DNA from: an uncultured Candidatus Saccharibacteria bacterium
GTDB lineage: Bacteria; Patescibacteriota; Minisyncoccia; Phycocordibacterales; UBA9973
Direction: 5' to 3'
Length of the DNA: 42,510 bases
NCBI GenBank assembly: GCA_964356875.1
Contig: CAYHIX010000002.1
Location: 1 to 42,510 of the forward strand
The notes beneath the pieces are model-generated. The model ran no database searches. It was not told the origin of the DNA and saw nothing but the letters and a program-made list of their open reading frames with translations. The translations under genes and the position numbers were made by a program. Shown here piece by piece: positions 15,528 to 23,931 of this stretch. Numbering within the stretch: position 1 is the first letter of the stretch; each line of letters starts with the position of its first letter.

Positions 15528-18500
15528 TTAAATTTCTTTTAATGCTTCTATTATAATACTTTTTTCTCCATTTCGGTTAGACACTTTTCCAGATAGGGCT
15601 ATGCACTTTTCTGGCACCAATATATCTATGGAATCCTTGAATATAGAGGGGAAAGCCACTGCTTCTATGGAATCAGTAAGGTCTGCTATTTTAAGGAATG
15701 CCATCCGTTCATTTTTCTTTGTGACTACCTGCCGTACTGACTCTATGATCCCAGCTATGGTGACTCGCATTTCGTTTTCACCCTCTGCTTTTATTTTCTT
15801 AATATTTACGTTTCGACTTTCTAATTTGTCTCGTAAACGATCAAGCGGATGCCCTGAGATATAAAGTCCAAGTAATTCTTTTTCCCATAATAGTTTATCG
15901 GCTTGAGTGGCTTTTTCACCATCTTGTATTTTAAAAGCGCCCACATTTGTTTTTAAATCTCCAAAAAGAGAAACTTGGTTTTTGTTTTGAGTATTTTTCT
16001 CGTGATTATATGCGAGCATGTTTTCTAAATTGGAAAGGAAAACCCCACGGTCACCCCAGTCGTCCATACACCCTGATTTGATCAGTGCTTCCATGGATTT
16101 TTTGTTTAAATTCTTATGTTTTATCCTATCTAAGAATTCAGACATAGAATTAAATTTACCGCCATCTTTTCTCTCTTGTATTATCGCATCAGAAATATCA
16201 GTGCCTAGATTTTTAATTGTATAAAATCCAAACCTGATTTTTTTACTTTTATTCTCGCTACTGATTACAGTGTCTGCTTCAGCAGGCAAGCAGGTAAAGC
16301 CTCCAAAGCTTTCATTTATGTTCGGAGGCAACACGGCGATATCCATGTGTTTACACTCTTCGATGATCTCAGAGATCTTTTCTACATCGCCAGATTCTGC
16401 GGTGAGTATAGCAGCCATGTATTCTACGGGGTAGTTTGCTTTCATATAAGCTGTTTGGTAGGCCACTTTACCATAGCTCGCAGCGTGGGCTTTACCGAAA
16501 CCATATGCCTGGAATGGTTCAAAAAGTTTCCAGAGTTTTTCGGCAAATGCTGGAGTCTGGCCATTTGCTATAATTCCTTTTATTAATTTTTCTTTTTGAG
16601 CTGCCATTTCTGCTGGGATTTTTTTACCGACAGCCTTACGAAATTTATCAGCTTCTTCCCAGTTGTATCCAGCGAGTTCTATTGATGATAGCAAAAGGTC
16701 ATCTTGATAAACGATGATTCCATATGAATCACTTAGATATTTTTTCATTCTTGGATCTAAATATTTTATAAGACTTGGGTTATGTTTACGTTTGATATAT
16801 TCCGGAATCGAATCCATCGGCCCAGGACGATACAAGGCTACCATGGCGTTTATGTCGTGGATAGATGTGGGCTTTAATTCTTTTAAATATCTCGTCATCC
16901 CGCTTCCATTTAGCTGGAAGAGTCCCTCTGTTTGTCCGTTTGCGAGAAGTTCAAAAGTTTTTTTATCATCGAGAGCTATGCGCTCTATGTCTATGTCTGT
17001 GTTGTAAAATTTTTTTACTAAACTTATAGCATCAGCTAAGATAGCCAAATTTCTTATACCCAAAAAGTCGAACTTCAAAAGTCCTGCTTCTTCGATACTG
17101 TACATATCATATTGAGTTATTATTTTCCCACCCTTCGGATCAAGCTGAGTCGGAGTATAATCAGAAATGATAGTGGGTGATATCACCACTCCAGCAGCGT
17201 GCACGGAGATGTGTCTGACGCAGCCTTCTAGTTTGCGTGCGAGGTCTATTATTTCTTTTGTATCTTTTTCTTTTTCGTAAGCTTCTTTTAACTCAGGGAC
17301 TATTTTCATCGCATGATTTATAGTCATCGGCATACCTTGTGAACCCATAGGTATCATTTTAGAAATTCGATCACCTATCGCATACGGGTGAGCGAGCGCT
17401 CTGGCCACATCTCTGACTGCTCCACGGGCCATCATAGTACCAAATGTTCCTATCTGAGCTACTTTATCTTCGCCGTATTTTTGTTTTGTATACTCTATCA
17501 TTTCATCGCGTCTATTGTCGGCGAAGTCCATGTCGATATCCGGTGCAGATGGGCGAAATGGATTTAAGAATCTTTCAAAGGGGATTTTGTATTCTATTGG
17601 GTTTACATTTGTAATACCGATCAGATAAGTCACCATAGATCCAGCCACAGATCCTCTGATGGTGGTCAGGATTCCATTTTCTCTGGCATAGCGGAGTAAG
17701 TCTCCTACAACTAAAAAGTATGGAGAGTAACCTTTATCTATAATAACTTTCAATTCATACTCGACTCTCTCTACTATTTCTGGCTTTTTTTCTATATTTA
17801 ATCTCTCAAATCCAGCGTAGGCGAGCTCACGGAGTTTTTCATCATAGGTTTTTCCTTGTTCTATCGGCAGTGCAGGGAAAACCCAATTACCGAGCTCAAG
17901 CTCAAGGTCACACATGTCTGCTATTTTGCGTGTGTTTGCCACAGCTTCCGGAATGTCTTTAAATATTTTTGCTGCAGCCTTAGAATCTATAAAAGAATAA
18001 TCTCCGTCTCCGAAAGAGAATTTATTTTCATCTTTAATGTCTGAGTTTGTTTGGATGGAGAGCAGTGTGTCGTGCGCCTTGCTGTCATCTTTGGTAGGGT
18101 AGTGCGAGTCTATAGTTCCTACTAGTGGGATGTTTAATTTTTTATTAAGAGCGAGTAAGCCTTCTCTTAATTCTTTTCCTCCTTCTATGTTGCCGTAGTC
18201 TTGGATCTCTAGGAAATAATTTTCTTTGCCGAAAATTTCCTGGTATTCTAGAGCTATTTTTTCGCCTAATTCTAAATCTTTATTCATGAGCGCTCTTCCG
18301 AGCTCTCCACCCATACATCCCGATAGAGCGATGATTCCTTCATGGTATTCCCGTAAAATTTCCTTATCCATCCGGGGCTTGTAGTAGTATCCTTCTAGTT
18401 GAGATAGTGTCACTAGTTTTATCAGATTTTTGTAGCCTTGTAGGTTCTTTGCGAGGAGTATCATGTGATACCTTTTGTTATCCACACCTGATTCTTTATC

Positions 18501-18731
18501 AAGCCTACCTCTGTTTGCTACATAGGCTTCTACTCCTATGATGGGCTTTATACCTGCTTTTTTAGCTAGTTTATAAAACTCTATAGCCCCATACATGTTC
18601 CCATGGTCAGTGATAGCCAGCGCAGACATCTTGAATTTTTTAGCTAAATTCACTAAATCCTCAAGCTTTGAAAGCCCGTCTAAGAGGGAATAATGACTAT
18701 GTGTATGTAGGTGGACAAAACCCTTTTCCAT
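15528..18731 (-). CDS. dnaE: DNA polymerase III alpha subunit
   Basis: PHP N-terminus FVHLHTHSHYSLLDG, the palm/fingers region (GLLKFDFLG, PDIDMDF) and a C-terminal OB-fold region. 1067 aa, with no intein-sized insertion. Confidence 0.95.
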   Translation of the reverse strand: MEKGFVHLHTHSHYSLLDGLSKLEDLVNLAKKFKMSALAITDHGNMYGAIEFYKLAKKAGIKPIIGVEAYVANRGRLDKESGVDNKRYHMILLAKNLQGYKNLIKLVTLSQLEGYYYKPRMDKEILREYHEGIIALSGCMGGELGRALMNKDLELGEKIALEYQEIFGKENYFLEIQDYGNIEGGKELREGLLALNKKLNIPLVGTIDSHYPTKDDSKAHDTLLSIQTNSDIKDENKFSFGDGDYSFIDSKAAAKIFKDIPEAVANTRKIADMCDLELELGNWVFPALPIEQGKTYDEKLRELAYAGFERLNIEKKPEIVERVEYELKVIIDKGYSPYFLVVGDLLRYARENGILTTIRGSVAGSMVTYLIGITNVNPIEYKIPFERFLNPFRPSAPDIDMDFADNRRDEMIEYTKQKYGEDKVAQIGTFGTMMARGAVRDVARALAHPYAIGDRISKMIPMGSQGMPMTINHAMKIVPELKEAYEKEKDTKEIIDLARKLEGCVRHISVHAAGVVISPTIISDYTPTQLDPKGGKIITQYDMYSIEEAGLLKFDFLGIRNLAILADAISLVKKFYNTDIDIERIALDDKKTFELLANGQTEGLFQLNGSGMTRYLKELKPTSIHDINAMVALYRPGPMDSIPEYIKRKHNPSLIKYLDPRMKKYLSDSYGIIVYQDDLLLSSIELAGYNWEEADKFRKAVGKKIPAEMAAQKEKLIKGIIANGQTPAFAEKLWKLFEPFQAYGFGKAHAASYGKVAYQTAYMKANYPVEYMAAILTAESGDVEKISEIIEECKHMDIAVLPPNINESFGGFTCLPAEADTVISSENKSKKIRFGFYTIKNLGTDISDAIIQERKDGGKFNSMSEFLDRIKHKNLNKKSMEALIKSGCMDDWGDRGVFLSNLENMLAYNHEKNTQNKNQVSLFGDLKTNVGAFKIQDGEKATQADKLLWEKELLGLYISGHPLDRLRDKLESRNVNIKKIKAEGENEMRVTIAGIIESVRQVVTKKNERMAFLKIADLTDSIEAVAFPSIFKDSIDILVPEKCIALSGKVSNRNGEKSIIIEALKEI

Positions 18732-18758
18732 TTTTTCATAATAGCATATAATAGATAG

Positions 18759-19784
18759 ATGAAAAAAATACGAGTAGGGATAAATGGTTTTGGGAGGATT
18801 GGTCGGGCTTTTTTGAAAGCTTCTTGGGATAGAGAAGAGATAGAAGTCGTAGCTGTCAACGACCTTGGAGATGTAGCCAACATGGCGTATTTGTTAAAGC
18901 ACGACACTGTTTACCGAGAATGGGTTCATGACATAAAAACAGAAGGGCAAGAAATCCAGATTGATGGAAAGAAAATAAAAGTTTTAGCTGAAAAAGATCC
19001 GGCGTTGCTTCCTTGGAAAGATTTAGATATTGATGTGGTCGTAGAGTCTACAGGATTTTTTGTATCTTTTGATAAATCCAAAGCTCACCTCGACGCTGGC
19101 GCGAAAAAAGTCGTCATCTCTGCTCCAGCAAAAGAAGGAGACGGGAGTGTGATGGGTGAGACGATACTACTCGGAGTAAACGAAGAAAAGTTTGGTACTT
19201 GTGATATCACTTCCAATGCTTCTTGTACTACAAATGCAGCGAGTCCACTCATAGCCATACTGGATGAAGCACTAGGGATCGAAAAAGCTATTTTAAATAC
19301 TGTGCATGGATATACAGCGAGTCAGTCTATAGTAGATGGTCCAAACAAGAAAGATTTTCGTGAAGGTCGTGCTGCTGCCCAAAACATCGTGCCTAGTTCT
19401 ACTGGAGCAGCTATTGCTGTGACTAAAGCATTTACAAAGCTCTCTGGGCTTTTTGACGGCATCTCGATGCGAGTGCCAGTGCCGGCTGGGTCTATGGTAG
19501 ACATTACTTTTATTTCTAAAAAAGATACTACAGCCGAAGAGATAAATGCAATCTTAAAAAAGGCCGCAACCGATCCTAGGTGGGTGAGTATATTTAGTGT
19601 TACCGAAGAGCCTCTAGTCTCGAGCGACATCTTAGGAAGTTCTTATGCTTCTATCGCCGACTTGGGCCTTACTCGTGTAGTCGGGGGGAATTTAGTAAAA
19701 GTCATGGGCTGGTATGACAACGAGATGGGGTACACTCATACTCTTGTCGATCATGTTATTAAGACAGGGAATACTATAAAATAA
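18759..19784 (+). CDS. gap: Glyceraldehyde-3-phosphate dehydrogenase
   Basis: VGINGFGRIGR, the SNASCTTN active site and WYDNEMGY. Confidence 0.95.
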   Translation: MKKIRVGINGFGRIGRAFLKASWDREEIEVVAVNDLGDVANMAYLLKHDTVYREWVHDIKTEGQEIQIDGKKIKVLAEKDPALLPWKDLDIDVVVESTGFFVSFDKSKAHLDAGAKKVVISAPAKEGDGSVMGETILLGVNEEKFGTCDITSNASCTTNAASPLIAILDEALGIEKAILNTVHGYTASQSIVDGPNKKDFREGRAAAQNIVPSSTGAAIAVTKAFTKLSGLFDGISMRVPVPAGSMVDITFISKKDTTAEEINAILKKAATDPRWVSIFSVTEEPLVSSDILGSSYASIADLGLTRVVGGNLVKVMGWYDNEMGYTHTLVDHVIKTGNTIK

Positions 19785-19786
19785 AA

Positions 19787-20275
19787 ATGAGAATATACAT
19801 TGGAGCAGATCATACTGGGTATGAATTAAAAGAAACACTTAAAGAGTATTTACCTCTGCTTGGTTTGGGTTATGAACTCATAGACAAGGGCGCATTGTCT
19901 TATAATGCAGACGATGATTATCCAGATTTCATAACTGAAGTAGCGAAAAGTGTGGCTGAAGATAAAGGCAGTTTCGGAGTCGTTCTCGGTGGTTCTGGCC
20001 AGGGAGAAGCTATGTGTGCCAACAAAGTGAAAGGCGCCAGAGCTGCTCTGTTTTACGGAGAAATTTTGCCAGAAGAAAATGTAGACATTCAGGGAGAAAA
20101 AAGCGCGGATCCATTTGAAATAGTAAAACTCGCGCGCATGCATAACGATGCGAATATTCTATCTATCGGTGTGAGGTTTACATCTGTCGACCAAGCAAAG
20201 TTTGCCATCGAACTTTTCTTGAAAACTGAATTTTCAAAAGATGAAAGGCACGAAAGAAGAATCAGTAAATTTTAA
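19787..20275 (+). CDS. rpiB: Ribose-5-phosphate isomerase B (Glu-type active site)
   Basis: IYIGADHTGYELKE and VLGGSGQGEAMCANK, which is the GGSG..GE arrangement seen in mycobacterial RpiB rather than the E. coli Cys type. Confidence 0.85.
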   Translation: MRIYIGADHTGYELKETLKEYLPLLGLGYELIDKGALSYNADDDYPDFITEVAKSVAEDKGSFGVVLGGSGQGEAMCANKVKGARAALFYGEILPEENVDIQGEKSADPFEIVKLARMHNDANILSIGVRFTSVDQAKFAIELFLKTEFSKDERHERRISKF

Positions 20276-20424
20276 AATTAAAAAGAAAAAATAAACTCGT
20301 TGCAGGCGTACTTTTTAGAAAGCCTTGCGCAGGCCGACGGGTCGAGCAGTTCGCTGGCGAAGCCGAGCCAGATAGATTGCTTTATAAAAAGTTATACCAA
20401 GAAAGAGTTTATAATAAAAATATT

Positions 20425-21153
20425 ATGGAAATAATCCCGGCAATATTGCCTAAAAATTATGAAGATTTAAAGAACAAGATTTCGCTGGTGCGAGGTTTTT
20501 CGCCTTTTGTACAGATAGATATTTGTGATGGAGTTTTTGTAAAAAGCACTACTTGGCCATTTTTCGCTAAGGCTACTGAGGGCGAGCCTTTTTTAGAAAA
20601 TGATCTTGAGCAGCATTTTAGGAGGATTTTAAACGAAGAAGAGGGGCTACCTTTTTGGGAGGATATAGAATTTGAGCTAGACCTTATGGTTCACGATGCA
20701 GTCGAGAATTTTGATATTTATACTAAGCTTGGACCAAAGAGAATAATTTTCCATATTGAAGCCGAGGAAATACAGCGTGACCTAGAAGAATTTAAAAATT
20801 TCCTGGAAGGCATAGATAGCTACACCAGAGATGTGCTCGAAATAGGCATCGCACTTAATCAAGATACAGAAGTGGAGACGATTTTCCCACTCGTAAATTC
20901 TGTAGACTTTGTGCAGGTGATGGGTATAGCCAAGATTGGTTTTCAAGGTGAAGATTTTAATGAAAAATGTTTAGAGCAGATAAAAACCCTTAGAGATAAA
21001 TTTTCTGACTTAGTTATTTCGGTTGATGGGGGAGTAAACTTAGAAACAGCCCCCGCGCTTAAAAGCGCGGGGGCATCGCGCCTCGTCGTCGGCTCGGCAA
21101 TTTTCAATACAGATGATATAATAAATGCTATAGAAGATTTTAGGCAAATTTAA
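20425..21153 (+). CDS. rpe: Ribulose-phosphate 3-epimerase family protein (divergent)
   Basis: IIPAIL, QIDICDGVFV, IIFHIEAEE, VMGIAKIGFQGEDF, SVDGGVN and VVGSAIF align to Rpe motifs. ATG at 20425 is preferred over TTG at 20377. See the finding on altered metal ligands. Confidence 0.75.
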   Translation: MEIIPAILPKNYEDLKNKISLVRGFSPFVQIDICDGVFVKSTTWPFFAKATEGEPFLENDLEQHFRRILNEEEGLPFWEDIEFELDLMVHDAVENFDIYTKLGPKRIIFHIEAEEIQRDLEEFKNFLEGIDSYTRDVLEIGIALNQDTEVETIFPLVNSVDFVQVMGIAKIGFQGEDFNEKCLEQIKTLRDKFSDLVISVDGGVNLETAPALKSAGASRLVVGSAIFNTDDIINAIEDFRQI

Positions 21154-21169
21154 TTTTTGCTATAGCACT

Positions 21170-22051
21170 ATGCCATTTTTATCTGATAAAAAAATTGAAG
21201 AGCTAGAGTTAAAAGCAAACGATATTCGGAAAAGTATCATAGAGATGTTGCTAGAAGCGAGCAGTGGGCACACCGCTGGTCCACTTGGCATGGCAGATGT
21301 TTTCACCTTGTTTTATTTTCATGTACTCAAACACGATCCGAAAAATCCAAGCTGGGAAGACCGCGACAGGTTGGTGCTTTCAAATGGGCATATTTGCCCA
21401 GTTTTATATGCGACCATGGCACATGCAGGGTATTTCCCACTTGAAGAATTAAAAACACTGCGTAAATTTGGCAGTAGACTTCAGGGGCATCCTCACAGAG
21501 AGTTTATGCCCTGGCTCGAGAATAGTTCTGGTCCTCTTGGTTCTGGTCTTTCTCAGGCTGTCGGGATGGCCCTCGCGGATAGAATAGATAAAAAAGATAA
21601 AGAGAGATTTATATATTGTTTTATGTCAGACGGGGAGCTGAATGAAGGTAATTCCTGGGAAGCAGCTATGCTTGCAGGCAAAAATAAACTTAGGAATTTG
21701 ATAGCAATCATAGATAGAAATAATATTCAGATCGATGGCTTCACCGAAGACATCATGCCGCTTGATTCTTTGGCCGACAAATGGCGAGCTTTCAATTTTC
21801 ATGTCATAGAAGTTTCTGGGCATGATTTTGCAGCATTAAACGAAGCAGTTCAAGAAGCACAAGCCGTATATGGTAAACCTATTGTCATCATCGCTCACAC
21901 AATTCCAGGCAAGGGAGTGCATGAATTTGAGCGAGATTATAAATGGCACGGAGGTGCACCAGGTGTAGGGGTACCAAATAAGGAACAAGCAAAAATGGCT
22001 CTTGAGGAGTTGCGCACATTAGGGGGTAAAATTAAAAGCGAACATCAATAA
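21170..22051 (+). CDS. tkt: Transketolase, N-terminal (TPP-binding) subunit
   Basis: GHTAGPLGMADV...RDRLVLSNGH...GSGLSQAVGMA...CFMSDGELNEG...IIDRNNIQIDG. Confidence 0.9.
   Translation: MPFLSDKKIEELELKANDIRKSIIEMLLEASSGHTAGPLGMADVFTLFYFHVLKHDPKNPSWEDRDRLVLSNGHICPVLYATMAHAGYFPLEELKTLRKFGSRLQGHPHREFMPWLENSSGPLGSGLSQAVGMALADRIDKKDKERFIYCFMSDGELNEGNSWEAAMLAGKNKLRNLIAIIDRNNIQIDGFTEDIMPLDSLADKWRAFNFHVIEVSGHDFAALNEAVQEAQAVYGKPIVIIAHTIPGKGVHEFERDYKWHGGAPGVGVPNKEQAKMALEELRTLGGKIKSEHQ
22023..22051 (+). repeat. Direct repeat, copy 1 (last 9 codons plus stop of the tkt N-terminal subunit)
   Basis: GGGGTAAAATTAAAAGCGAACATCAATAA matches 22782..22810 at 24 of 29 positions. All 5 differences are transitions. 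Confidence 0.8.
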
Positions 22052-22054
22052 CAT

Positions 22055-22810
22055 ATGAAAGAATCACCACAAAATTTATATCGGTTTGAAGACCCTAATT
22101 CTTACATAGAAACTGTAGAAACGATTGAAAAACAACTTCTCCAATTAAATTATAAAGATGCAATTCTAGATCTAGAAAGGATAACTAATACCATATATTC
22201 AAAAAATAATATTAATAATCCTGAGTTTAATTTAGGAGATTTAGAACAATGGGTAAGGTCATACGATTTAATTCGTAAAGCTGTGCGCTTGATAGAAGAA
22301 ATGGACGATCTAGGTTCTAATGAACTTAAAAATACTAAGAGCGAGGCTGAGCTAAAGACAAAGATAGATTTAAAAAAAGCTCGTGAAGAAAAATTACAAC
22401 TAATGAAATATGATATCCTGAAAGCAGAAAAAGAAAATATGTATGTGAATGATGCCGTTATTTTCTTAAAAGAGATTAAGGATAATTATATAGATGTAAC
22501 GACAGTACTTGGAGAAATCAAAAATAAATATAGTTCAATTAAACCATATAAAAAAGTAAGTCAGTTTTTTACCGGACTAGACATAGTAGAATTTACAAAA
22601 AATGATTTTGAGCAATCAGATAAATATTTATCCTTGATACAAGAGTTAAATGATCACAATGTAGAATTTTCAAAGAAAAATAACTTGACCAAAGATATTT
22701 TTCTAAGGGCTTGTGATCATAAGGTAAATAAGGGATTGATTGCCAAGATATTAAATTTATTGAATAAAATTCAAAATGAAAGGGGTAAAATTAGAAGTGA
22801 GCACCAGTAA
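22055..22810 (+). CDS. Hypothetical protein (251 aa) inserted between the two transketolase subunit genes
   Basis: ORF track. Visibly more AT-rich than its neighbours and Lys/Asn/Glu-rich. No nuclease or transposase motif recognised. The C-terminus GKIRSEHQ duplicates the tkt-N C-terminus GKIKSEHQ. Confidence 0.6.
   Translation: MKESPQNLYRFEDPNSYIETVETIEKQLLQLNYKDAILDLERITNTIYSKNNINNPEFNLGDLEQWVRSYDLIRKAVRLIEEMDDLGSNELKNTKSEAELKTKIDLKKAREEKLQLMKYDILKAEKENMYVNDAVIFLKEIKDNYIDVTTVLGEIKNKYSSIKPYKKVSQFFTGLDIVEFTKNDFEQSDKYLSLIQELNDHNVEFSKKNNLTKDIFLRACDHKVNKGLIAKILNLLNKIQNERGKIRSEHQ
22782..22810 (+). repeat. Direct repeat, copy 2 (3' end of the inserted ORF)
   Basis: GGGGTAAAATTAGAAGTGAGCACCAGTAA. 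See copy 1. Confidence 0.8.
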
Positions 22811-22814
22811 ATAA

Positions 22815-23813
22815 ATGTTAAATCCAAAATTAAAATTAAATACAAAACTTTTTAATGAAGATGTAGAGCAAGCACCTATCCGTAAAGGATTTGGTGAAGG
22901 TTTAGTTTTGGCAGGGCAACAAGATGAGAATGTTGTCGCCTTATGTGCAGATCTTACAGAGTCTACTCAGATGCATCTTTTTAAAGAAAAGTTTCCTGAA
23001 AGATTTATAGAAGTAGGAGTAGCGGAGCAAAACCTCGTCACTGTGGCCTCCGGCATGAGTGCCATGGGCAAAATACCTTTCTGCTCTTCATATGCTATGT
23101 TCTCTCCAGGGAGAAATTGGGAACAAATCCGCACGACCATCGCATACAACGACAGAAAAGTTGTTGTAGTCGGTTCTCATGCTGGTATTTCTGTTGGTCC
23201 TGATGGTGGCACACACCAAGCCCTTGAAGACATAGCTCTCATGCGAGTCATTCCAAATATGGATGTGATTTCTCCATGCGACAGTATCGAAGCCAAGAAA
23301 GCTACTCTCGCTTTGGCTAAAAGCAGCAAGCCAGCTTACCTAAGGCTTGCAAGAGAAAAAACTCCAGTTATAACTACAGAAGAAACACCATTTAATATAG
23401 GAAAAGCTGAGATTTTTTGGATGCCGGATGTAGGAGTAGCCGAAGTCGGTATCATTGTTACTGGTGGGCTTGTGTACAGAGCATTACTAGCAGCAAAAGA
23501 GCTCGAGTCAGAGGGAATAAAAATAAAAGTTATGAATCTTCCAGCGGTTAAACCGCTGGACGTAGAAGAAATTGTAAAACTTGCCAAAGAAACAAGGAAA
23601 ATTGTGACAGTAGAGGAGCATCAGATAGCAGGTGGTATGGGCTCGGCTATTGCCGAGCTTCTTGTACAACATTTTCCAGTGCCGATAGAATTCATAGGAG
23701 TCAAAGATAAATTTGGACAAAGCGGTACACCCGAAGAGCTCATCGAGCACTACGGTATGGGTAAAGATTCTATCAAAGAGGCAGTGAAAAAAATCCTCAC
23801 CAGAAAGATTTAA
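22815..23813 (+). CDS. tkt: Transketolase, C-terminal (pyrimidine-binding) subunit
   Basis: RKGFGEGL...FPERFIEVGVAEQNLV...GSHAGISVGPDGGTHQALEDIALMR. Confidence 0.9.
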   Translation: MLNPKLKLNTKLFNEDVEQAPIRKGFGEGLVLAGQQDENVVALCADLTESTQMHLFKEKFPERFIEVGVAEQNLVTVASGMSAMGKIPFCSSYAMFSPGRNWEQIRTTIAYNDRKVVVVGSHAGISVGPDGGTHQALEDIALMRVIPNMDVISPCDSIEAKKATLALAKSSKPAYLRLAREKTPVITTEETPFNIGKAEIFWMPDVGVAEVGIIVTGGLVYRALLAAKELESEGIKIKVMNLPAVKPLDVEEIVKLAKETRKIVTVEEHQIAGGMGSAIAELLVQHFPVPIEFIGVKDKFGQSGTPEELIEHYGMGKDSIKEAVKKILTRKI

Positions 23814-23842
23814 TTGCACAAAATAATTCTCGGACTCACCAC

Positions 23843-23866
23843 GAAAATTTGAAGCTTCAAATTTTC
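23843..23866. terminator. 24-nt perfect palindrome between convergent genes (candidate bidirectional terminator)
   Basis: GAAAATTTGAAGCTTCAAATTTTC, centred on AAGCTT, followed by TTTG. Confidence 0.5.
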
Positions 23867-23931
23867 TTTGTCCAGCGCCGTCGCGCTTTCCAGAGGTTCA
23901 CTCGAGAATATTTTGCTCCATTAAATTTTCT

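Noticed and set aside
15528-18731. Intein or other insertion in dnaE
   Set aside because: At 1067 aa the protein is compact, and the PHP, palm, fingers and OB regions follow one another without an intein-sized gap or Cys/Ser...HN splice motifs.
18680-18907. ORF 18680..18907(-) spanning the dnaE start and the gap start
   Set aside because: It overlaps the well-supported 5' ends of both dnaE and gap, and its translation is non-descript.
20377-20424. TTG start at 20377 for the rpe-like gene (ORF-track boundary), or an even longer N-terminal extension through the GC-rich spacer
   Set aside because: The Rpe-family N-terminal motif (MEIIPAIL) begins at ATG 20425, which matches where Rpe proteins normally start. 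The upstream in-frame codons give no recognisable sequence.
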